Origin: Myxococcota bacterium | GTDB lineage: Bacteria; Myxococcota_C; UBA6777 | Direction of reading: 5' to 3' | Length of the DNA: 51,157 bases | NCBI GenBank assembly: GCA_023150835.1 | Contig: JAKLKB010000032.1 | Span: forward strand, 1-51,157 | Shown here: one piece after another, positions 43,203 to 51,157 of the stretch | Numbering within the stretch: position 1 is the first letter of the stretch | Layout: the number at the start of each line of letters is the position of its first letter | Program-made: the position numbers and the translations under genes | Notes under the pieces: model-generated | What the model saw: the letters and a program-made list of their open reading frames with translations, nothing else | Databases searched by the model: none | What the model was told of the DNA's origin: nothing

Positions 43203-45650
43203 ATGCAAACCGAGCCGCTGCTTCTTTCTGCAAAGTGTTGTGTTGAACAGGCCGATCTCTCCGCGCTTACCGCTTTGCTCCGATCCTTCGATAGCCCTTC
43301 GATCCAAGACCCAGCCTTTCATCTCGAATTGGCCGGATCTTGCGAAAAGATGGGCTTGCTCGATCTGGCCGTTCGCGAGTGTGGCCTTGCACTCCGTGAT
43401 GCTCCCACTCTTGAGGCTGCGCTGCGCTGTTCCCTCCGCCTTTCTCTCGAACAAGGAAACCTTCCTCACGCCGAACGCGACGCCCGACTTTTGCTTCAAA
43501 CCTACCCTCAAGATGTCCCGCTGCGTCTTGAGCTTGGTCGGATCCTTGAGATCTCGGGCCGCTTTAACGAAGCCCTCGAAGTCTACCAATCCACCACGCA
43601 GGGACACGAAAGCCCCCAACTTCAAGAGGCCAAACGGCGTGCAGCGCGTTATGCCCAACGTGGACGTTCTCGACCTGCCGTCGACGATCCGATCTTTCAT
43701 GACGCTTCGGACCCTGAGCAGGCTTCTACACAGTCCCATGATCCCGAACCTCTCGCCCCCACAGAGGCTGATGCGATCTCTTTCGCTCATCTCTTTTCGG
43801 GTCGTGAAGGCGTCTATGCCCGCCAGTGGTATAGCGATACGGGAAAGTCTGGATACACACCCGTCCACCAACCCTTCACTCCGCTTGTTGCGCGCAGTCA
43901 TCTCCTTGGAAATTATACCGTCGGCATCTACCCTTTGCGCATGAATCACAGCGTTTTGTTTCTGGCGTTTGATGTCGATATCGTCCAAGAAGCCCTCACA
44001 AAGGCCGCAAAAGATCAGCAACCCCACGAACTCCCTCGTCTGATCCGCACCGCCCACTCTGTTGCTCGCCAACTCCTTGATGCTTGCGCCATGTTTGATA
44101 TCCCCGCTGTTGTCGAAGATTCTGGATGGAAAGGGCGGCATCTCTGGATCTTTTTCTCCGAACCTGTCCCTGCCGCCTCAGCGCGGCGGATCGCGCAATG
44201 GCTGCTCCACACCGTCGGCCCTCTCCCCGAAGTCTGCCGCGTCGAGATCTTCCCCAAACAATCGCGTCTTGATCCCAAGCAGCTCGGAAACTTGATCAAG
44301 CTGCCTCTCGGCATCCATCGCGTCACAGGCCGCATATGCGCACTTTTGAACCCCGACGGCTCTCACATCGAGCGCCCCATCGAACACTTGCGCTCTCTCA
44401 AAAAATTGTCTCGCCAACGTCTCCAAGAACTCCTTGTCCACGCCGATCACATCGCTTCTCTCAAACAAGAGCGGCAACACGCACCGCCCAAACAGACCAA
44501 ATACCTCGATCCCATCGACTCCAACACCGCCCCTCAAAGCGCCGAGCTTGCTCCCTCCGCCCATCCCCCTTCCCCAACGCCTGCTCCCTACCGCGTCGGC
44601 AAAGACGAGGAAGTCGAGCAAGTCTTGCGTGGTTGTCCTGTCTTGCGCGCCATCGTCGGACGTGCGCTCTCCACCGGTATCCTTTCCAGCGACGATATCC
44701 ACATCCTGATCTACACGATGGGAAACCTCACCCAAGGCGATGCTGCCGTCAATGCCGTCCTTTCCAAAGTCCACAACGTCGATCCGCGTGTCAAACTCAA
44801 ATCTCCCCTCCGCAGCTACCCTACCAGTTGCCCAAAGATCCGCGCCCGTCTCCCCGAACTCACCGCAAGCGTCCCTTGCCATTGTGCTTTTCCCCAACAC
44901 ACAGGCTCTTATCCTCATCCTCTCTTGCATCTCGCTCGCCCTCCACAACTCCCCTCCGCTCCCACGATCTCTCCCTATCCATCCAAGAACCCGCCCTCTG
45001 CGATCTCTTCCTCTGATCCTGCCCCATCCTCCGACCACTCCGCGCTTCCTTACGAAAAAGCTCCCCCCACGATCTTCTCTCCGTTTCATCCTGCCCCATC
45101 CTCCGATCACTCCGCGCTCCCTTACGAAAAAGCTCCCCCCACGATCTTCTCTCCGTTTCATCCTGCCCCATCCTTCGACCACTCCGCGCTCCCCTACGAA
45201 AAAGCTCCCCCCACGATCTTCTCTCCCTCCCGGCCTGTTCTCGCCACAGACGGCTCTCCTCGATCTGCCGAATCTGCGCCTCCATCGTGGGAGATCCTTG
45301 AAAAACCATCCCGCACGCCTTCGCGCTCTGAACTCGAGTCTTGGACCCACCGCCTCCAACAAGCCCACCAAGATCTCTCGCACGCACAACAATCCATCCT
45401 CGCTCTTGAGCACAAGATCGCCCAATTCCTCCACAACCAAGGCACCCAAGAGTGCAAGACTCGATTCGGAACCCTTCGCGTCGACTCCAAACAACGCGTG
45501 CATTTTCTTCTCGAATCTTCTTCTCCTGAACACCTCTCCCCTTCGACCGATCCTCTCGCATCCTCCGAGTCTTCCTCTTCTTCTCCGCACTTTTCCGATG
45601 CGCCTCTCCCCGAGGATGGCGACGACGACACACACGGAGGCCACCGATGA
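43203..45650 (+). CDS. TPR-containing CRISPR-associated primase-polymerase (CAPP; AEP domain plus Cys-rich C-terminal domain)
   Basis: N-terminal TPRs; AEP motifs LFSGREGVYARQW, AFDVD (I), SGWKGRHLW (II), VEIFP (III), GNLIKLPLG; Cys cluster GCPVL...SCPKIR...CHC; 72-nt x3 repeat; ATGA overlap with cas1. Confidence 0.88.
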   Translation: MQTEPLLLSAKCCVEQADLSALTALLRSFDSPSIQDPAFHLELAGSCEKMGLLDLAVRECGLALRDAPTLEAALRCSLRLSLEQGNLPHAERDARLLLQTYPQDVPLRLELGRILEISGRFNEALEVYQSTTQGHESPQLQEAKRRAARYAQRGRSRPAVDDPIFHDASDPEQASTQSHDPEPLAPTEADAISFAHLFSGREGVYARQWYSDTGKSGYTPVHQPFTPLVARSHLLGNYTVGIYPLRMNHSVLFLAFDVDIVQEALTKAAKDQQPHELPRLIRTAHSVARQLLDACAMFDIPAVVEDSGWKGRHLWIFFSEPVPAASARRIAQWLLHTVGPLPEVCRVEIFPKQSRLDPKQLGNLIKLPLGIHRVTGRICALLNPDGSHIERPIEHLRSLKKLSRQRLQELLVHADHIASLKQERQHAPPKQTKYLDPIDSNTAPQSAELAPSAHPPSPTPAPYRVGKDEEVEQVLRGCPVLRAIVGRALSTGILSSDDIHILIYTMGNLTQGDAAVNAVLSKVHNVDPRVKLKSPLRSYPTSCPKIRARLPELTASVPCHCAFPQHTGSYPHPLLHLARPPQLPSAPTISPYPSKNPPSAISSSDPAPSSDHSALPYEKAPPTIFSPFHPAPSSDHSALPYEKAPPTIFSPFHPAPSFDHSALPYEKAPPTIFSPSRPVLATDGSPRSAESAPPSWEILEKPSRTPSRSELESWTHRLQQAHQDLSHAQQSILALEHKIAQFLHNQGTQECKTRFGTLRVDSKQRVHFLLESSSPEHLSPSTDPLASSESSSSSPHFSDAPLPEDGDDDTHGGHR

Positions 45651-46759
45651 TCCTTTATCTTGTCGAACAAGGATGCACTGTCGGACTCAAGAGCGAACGC
45701 CTTGAGATCCGTAAGCAACAAGAGGTCTTGGACAGCTTTCGTCTTGACGATCTTGAACAGCTTGTGTTGTTTGGGTACATCCAACTCACCACCCAAGCCA
45801 TTCAAGCCCTTCTCAAACGCGATATCGACGTCTGTTTCCTGTCTCGCAGCGGAGTTTTTTTAGGCCGACTCGCCGGGAAAATGGGCAAACAGATCGAGTT
45901 GCGTCGCAAACAATTCGCAGGGCTTGAGCAGTCGGCCTTTGCGCTTGATCTTGCGCGCCGTTGCATCGTCGGAAAACTCGCCAACCAACGGGCGTTGCTG
46001 ATGCGTTATCAACGCAAACTCACCGACCCCTCGATCGCGCAGGCCTTGCTTGGAATCCGCCTACTTGTCGGGCAAATCGATCAAGCCCAAGATCTCGATG
46101 TGTTGCGTGGTTTGGAGGGTAAAGCTGCGGCGTTGTACTTCGGTGTGTTGGGGCGGCTGATCTCTGCGCCGCAAGTCCACTTCACCACCCGCATCCGCCG
46201 CCCGCCCCCTGATCCTGTCAATATCTTGCTCTCCTTTGGCTACACTTTGCTCACCAAGATGGTGCATGGCTTCGTTGAGTCCGCTGGTATGGACCCATAC
46301 CTCGGAGCGTTGCATGCTCCGCGTTATGGACGTCCAAGTCTCGCACTCGATCTCGTCGAAGAATGGCGTCCTGTGATCGTCGACACTGCGGTCTTGCGTG
46401 CCATCAACACCAAAACCATCTCTCCTCAAGATTTCCTACCTGCACCCACTTCGCACGATCTTTGGCCCGAAGAATCCATCGAAGAGGACGAGATATCCCT
46501 TCTCGAACCGCCTTCTTCTTCCCTCGATCCGAACCCAGACGCCGAAGATGCCGCGTCTCCTCCGCGCCCTTTGTTGATGCAGCCCGAAGCCGTCAAGCGC
46601 TGGTTCGCTCTCTACGAACGGCGACTCCAAGAAGAAACTTTTTACCTTCCCAAACAATGCCGACTTTCTTATCGCCAAATCATTCGAGAGCAAGCCTACC
46701 TGTGCGCACGCCACCTCAAAGGGGAGGCCGAATACACTTCTTTTCTTCACGAACCTTGA
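45647..46759 (+). CDS. cas1: CRISPR-associated endonuclease Cas1
   Basis: LYLVEQG, GKLANQ, RGLEGKAAALYF, RRPPPDPVNILLSFGY, DPYLGALH, SLALDLVEEWRPVIVD. Confidence 0.96.
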   Translation: MILYLVEQGCTVGLKSERLEIRKQQEVLDSFRLDDLEQLVLFGYIQLTTQAIQALLKRDIDVCFLSRSGVFLGRLAGKMGKQIELRRKQFAGLEQSAFALDLARRCIVGKLANQRALLMRYQRKLTDPSIAQALLGIRLLVGQIDQAQDLDVLRGLEGKAAALYFGVLGRLISAPQVHFTTRIRRPPPDPVNILLSFGYTLLTKMVHGFVESAGMDPYLGALHAPRYGRPSLALDLVEEWRPVIVDTAVLRAINTKTISPQDFLPAPTSHDLWPEESIEEDEISLLEPPSSSLDPNPDAEDAASPPRPLLMQPEAVKRWFALYERRLQEETFYLPKQCRLSYRQIIREQAYLCARHLKGEAEYTSFLHEP

Positions 46760-46891
46760 TCTTGTTTCGGGTTGCGCAGGGGAGGCGAGTGTTGTCTCGC
46801 GATCTTCTCCTTCTTGATGATCGGATGGCTGGGGTTTGGAAGTCTTCTTGGTTTTTTCACGCAAATTTTGTCAACATGGATGGAACAAGCG

Positions 46892-47170
46892 ATGCTTTAC
46901 CTTGTCGTGAGTTACGATATCACCGAAGATCGACGGCGAAACCGAGTCGCCAAGCTGATGGAAAACTATGGCACGCGTGTGCAGTATAGCGTCTTTGAGT
47001 GCTTGCTCCAAGAGCAAAGCCTGCTTGAACTCCAAGAGCAGTTGCAGGCGATCTTGGATCTGGAAACGGACAGCGTGCGTTTTTACCGCTTGTGTGTTCG
47101 ATGTCGAGCGGGCATCGAGATATTCGGGCGCGGAACAACACAAAGCGAAGAACCCTTTGTAATTCTTTAG
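46892..47170 (+). CDS. cas2: CRISPR-associated endonuclease Cas2
   Basis: VVSYDITEDRRR, YGTRVQYSVFEC, DSVRFYRLC. An alternative ATG lies at 46880. Confidence 0.96.
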   Translation: MLYLVVSYDITEDRRRNRVAKLMENYGTRVQYSVFECLLQEQSLLELQEQLQAILDLETDSVRFYRLCVRCRAGIEIFGRGTTQSEEPFVIL

Positions 47171-47440
47171 CTTTCCTTTGTTTTGTGTTCAGTTCGCTTG
47201 CGTTGAAACGCGCCGTTTGTTCTTTGTGGGTTGTTTGTGTGGAGCGTTGAGTTTGTTCCTTATGTTTGTGTGGGGCTTTGCCCCACGCCCCACAAGGGAC
47301 TTTCGCCCCTTGACCTCGACTCGGCGGAACGGATCGACGTTTTACACACAAACGACTCTGCCGCTTGAGTCTTCGCGAACGTGGGGGGTTTTGTTCTCTA
47401 CATCGCCCCACGCAGAAGATTTCATGCGTTGTTCTCTGCG

Positions 47441-47670
47441 AGGGGTTCGCGACCGGCTTTTTTCTTGTTCGTCAACGTGGGTGGGGGGTCGCGACCGGCT
47501 TTTTTGCTGCTCGTCAACGTGGGTGGGGGGTCGCGACCGGCTTTTTTGCTGCTCGTCAACATGGGAGGGGGTTCGCGACCGGCTTTTTTGCTGCTCGTTA
47601 ACGCGGAAGGGGGTTCGCGACCGGCTTTTTTGCTGCTCGTTAACGCGGAAGGGGGTTCGCGACCGGCTTT
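47441..47670. repeat. 42-nt tandem repeat (5 copies plus a partial) between cas2 and the CRISPR leader
   Basis: TCGCGACCGGCTTT recurs at 47447, 47489, 47531, 47573, 47615 and 47657. Confidence 0.9.
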
Positions 47671-47859
47671 CGTTTTGGGTGAAAGTGTTAAGTGAAGTTG
47701 ACAAGCCGAAGCCCCGCAGATCACACGAAGCACAAAAGATCATGAAAAAGCAGCGCGTGTAATTATAAAGGTGGGGCTCTCTTTGGTGGGTGGGTGGTTT
47801 CACGAAAACTGTGATTAAGATCACTTTCCCGAGCAGGTCGACTTTTTTGCGCGAGCGAC

Positions 47860-48090
47860 CCATCACAAACCTATCGTTCTATAACATAAGCTATTGTTTT
47901 TACTTTGCTTCTGCTTAAATCGTGAATCGCCATTCAGTGAAGGGGGTGCATAGGTCGCGCAGTGCCTTGAAATTACAAATGATTTTTCATGAACGATTAT
48001 TCACTCAGAAGGCCCCCCCCCCCCGAGGGGGGGGGTGCATAGATTTTCCCTAAAAAAGTCCTTGCAAGAGAAGGCTCTCCGCGCTATACC
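47860..48090 (+). promoter_or_regulatory. CRISPR leader
   Basis: AT-rich non-coding stretch directly before repeat 1. It contains the direct repeat GGGGGTGCATAG twice, a C12-GA-G9 hairpin, and TTGCAA-N17-TATACC abutting the repeat. Confidence 0.75.
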
Positions 48091-51000
48091 CTTACTAGAG
48101 CTTCCGCGTTCGCAAGCGGATTGAAACTGAACGTTGTACACAGAAACGGTTGCCCCCTCAAGGCCTTACTAGAGCTTCCGCGTTCGCAAGCGGATTGAAA
48201 CGACTTTTTGTTCCTCGACTTTTTGTTCCTCGACTTTCTTACTAGAGCTTCCGCGTTCGCAAGCGGATTGAAACGTTCCCGTTCCTTTTCTCTCAGATGC
48301 CCACAGCTTACTTACTAGAGCTTCCGCGTTCGCAAGCGGATTGAAACCCCCCGCATATAAGAAAAGGCACTTATGTGGAATTCGCTTACTAGAGCTTCCG
48401 CGTTCGCAAGCGGATTGAAACTTAAAAGTGTCCATCATCGTTAAGACGGCTTTCGCGGCTTACTAGAGCTTCCGCGTTCGCAAGCGGATTGAAACATCGG
48501 ATCAAACCAAAGTCGATCACATCTGCCAACGGCTTACTAGAGCTTCCGCGTTCGCAAGCGGATTGAAACATCACGTCACTAACCGCAATAGATGTTTTCA
48601 ATGACTTACTAGAGCTTCCGCGTTCGCAAGCGGATTGAAACCTTGCAACTTTGATGTTGCACCTTAACCATGTTACCTTACTAGAGCTTCCGCGTTCGCA
48701 AGCGGATTGAAACGGGTTGGCATTTGAGCCATTGCTCGCTCAGCAGGGTTCTTACTAGAGCTTCCGCGTTCGCAAGCGGATTGAAACCTTGCTTAGATTC
48801 CACTCTTCCGTAGGGAATTCAAACTTACTAGAGCTTCCGCGTTCGCAAGCGGATTGAAACTTCAAGTTGGGGTGTTTTGGGTGTTCTGGGTGTTTTGCTT
48901 ACTAGAGCTTCCGCGTTCGCAAGCGGATTGAAACCCACAAGCACACCCACGGGTTGGAGATGACATAGCCTTACTAGAGCTTCCGCGTTCGCAAGCGGAT
49001 TGAAACGAAGAGACGAACAGGCGGGTAACCACACTCCATTCTTACTAGAGCTTCCGCGTTCGCAAGCGGATTGAAACCTACGCAGAAGGGCGGCGAATCC
49101 GTATCTACGGTTTCTTACTAGAGCTTCCGCGTTCGCAAGCGGATTGAAACGTTTGTCGGAGGGTTTGGGGTTGGGGAGGCGCTGTGCTTACTAGAGCTTC
49201 CGCGTTCGCAAGCGGATTGAAACCGTCAGCGTCGGCGGGAACGTTAGGGAATTGGATATCCCGCTTACTAGAGCTTCCGCGTTCGCAAGCGGATTGAAAC
49301 TTTTCCTTCAAAAAACTCACGATGTGTCTTCGACCTTACTAGAGCTTCCGCGTTCGCAAGCGGATTGAAACAAAGGTAGCGACTCCTTGACTTCGGGGGT
49401 GAGGCCCCCTTACTAGAGCTTCCGCGTTCGCAAGCGGATTGAAACTGGGCGGCTTCGGCGGCGGCTTCGGCGTCGCGTTGCTCTTACTAGAGCTTCCGCG
49501 TTCGCAAGCGGATTGAAACCGCCATCTCCCTATCAAAGCGGGAGGCGTAGCATGTGCTTACTAGAGCTTCCGCGTTCGCAAGCGGATTGAAACGATGTTC
49601 TTTGCGTGCGGCGGCTCGTCCCCAAGATCTTACTAGAGCTTCCGCGTTCGCAAGCGGATTGAAACAGTAGTAAAGGACTAGCCCCCGCACGGCCACGATG
49701 TGGCCTGCGTCGCGCTTACTAGAGCTTCCGCGTTCGCAAGCGGATTGAAACTATCCACGGGGCAGGATGTTGTACGGAAGCCCCTCACTTACTAGAGCTT
49801 CCGCGTTCGCAAGCGGATTGAAACCTTCGGCTTGGGCTTCGGCTTCTGCCTTGCGACCCTCTTACTAGAGCTTCCGCGTTCGCAAGCGGATTGAAACTAG
49901 GACGATGTCGGCTGCGCGTCGCAGGGCGATGCGAACTTACTAGAGCTTCCGCGTTCGCAAGCGGATTGAAACGCCTTTCTCCACAGCACCTGCGGCGATG
50001 TGGAGCTCAAAGCCATCTTCCTTACTAGAGCTTCCGCGTTCGCAAGCGGATTGAAACTTCGGGAGCCACTGGAATGGCCGCTTCGCCGTCCTCTTACTAG
50101 AGCTTCCGCGTTCGCAAGCGGATTGAAACTCTTTCCATTTTTTGGAAAGAAAAAGGTGCCGTACTTACTAGAGCTTCCGCGTTCGCAAGCGGATTGAAAC
50201 CCACCAAGGTCTTGAGGAACTCGGGCACCTCGCCCCCCTTACTAGAGCTTCCGCGTTCGCAAGCGGATTGAAACAAAGTAATCATGGTAATATTCTCCAT
50301 TTTTTTTGTCTTACTAGAGCTTCCGCGTTCGCAAGCGGATTGAAACATTCCGATTACGAGGGGGACGCCGGCGACGACTCCAAGGACTTACTAGAGCTTC
50401 CGCGTTCGCAAGCGGATTGAAACTGGGCGGCTTCGGCGTCTGCGTCGCGTTGGGCCTTGCGCTTACTAGAGCTTCCGCGTTCGCAAGCGGATTGAAACAG
50501 GGTCTCGAACACGTCAATCAGCCGACGCGCAGTGAACGCGCTTACTAGAGCTTCCGCGTTCGCAAGCGGATTGAAACGGAGGGGGAGCGGGGTTTGTCGG
50601 AGGGTTTGTGCTCTTACTAGAGCTTCCGCGTTCGCAAGCGGATTGAAACTATCATAGAGCGCGGTGTGATGGTCGTCGTCATCGTTCTTACTAGAGCTTC
50701 CGCGTTCGCAAGCGGATTGAAACCAGTTAAACACCAGCTCTGCGAACTTCTTGACGTGGCTTACTAGAGCTTCCGCGTTCGCAAGCGGATTGAAACAAGG
50801 CCGCGTCCAATGCGGCTGCGCAGCAGCCGAGCGCTTACTAGAGCTTCCGCGTTCGCAAGCGGATTGAAACGGCGATCGCACCGTCAACGGCGGCGTGGGG
50901 CGTATCCTTACTAGAGCTTCCGCGTTCGCAAGCGGATTGAAACACATCTCGCACAACTCCCCCCCCTCATCATGGTACCTTACTAGAGCTTCCGCGTTCG

Positions 51001-51157
51001 CAAGCGGATTGAAACAACACTCCACCGCCTTGAACCCGCTTTGTGTTGCGGGGCTTACTAGAGCTTCCGCGTTCGCAAGCGGATTGAAACATATCTGCAT
51101 CAGGGTCACTTCTTAATTTCTTGTTCCTTACTAGAGCTTCCGCGTTCGCAAGCGGAT
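48091..51157 (+). CRISPR. CRISPR array with a 37-nt repeat; 42 repeats (last one truncated by the window end) and 41 spacers
   Basis: Invariant repeat CTTACTAGAGCTTCCGCGTTCGCAAGCGGATTGAAAC with a TCCGC/GCGGA stem and an ATTGAAAC 3' handle. Spacers are unique, mostly 34-40 nt and up to 49 nt. Confidence 0.99.

Noticed and set aside
46772-46879. Hydrophobic N-terminal extension on Cas2
   Set aside because: It depends on a TTG start without a clear RBS; the canonical Cas2 begins at 46880 or 46892.
47441-47670. Second CRISPR array
   Set aside because: The units are near-identical end to end, with no unique spacers.
49151-49186. Self-targeting spacer matching about 7510
   Set aside because: Only a short low-complexity GGGTTTGGGGTTG match; no full protospacer was found by eye in the window.
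48169-51116. ORFs within the CRISPR array
   Set aside because: They are artefacts of translating repeats and spacers.

Overview
This window looks like a Myxococcota-type bacterial chromosome segment (inferred from gene content) and has three parts. (1) 1-10.3 kb: low-complexity proteins resembling type III-secreted translocators, a divergent SycD/LcrH-like TPR chaperone, and a broken Cys-rich/RCC1 lipoprotein gene. (2) 10.7-25.4 kb: a His-rich COG0523 metallochaperone and signalling genes (cNMP-kinase, multi-REC/degenerate GGDEF, vWA-FHA, GH113-like, membrane kinase, TerB-like, inactive alpha/beta hydrolase). (3) 26.0-51.2 kb: one co-oriented, plus-strand defence-like locus, in the order PP2C, vWA, FHA, Ser/Thr kinase, pseudokinase-NYN-like, His kinase, double-REC regulator, PIN RNase, CARF-HEPN (TIGR02710-like), cas6, group II-like reverse transcriptase fused to a degenerate primase-polymerase (AEP) domain, intact TPR-CRISPR-associated primase-polymerase (CAPP), cas1, cas2, leader, and a CRISPR array of at least 42 repeats that runs off the window end. 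No interference (Cas10/Cascade) genes are visible. The best candidate for a new system is the RT-(degenerate AEP) + intact CAPP + Cas1/Cas2 adaptation module, together with the phosphorylation-controlled RNase cluster upstream. Intergenic regions carry many dispersed REP/MITE-like repeats. All family calls come from reading motifs by eye; no database search was run.
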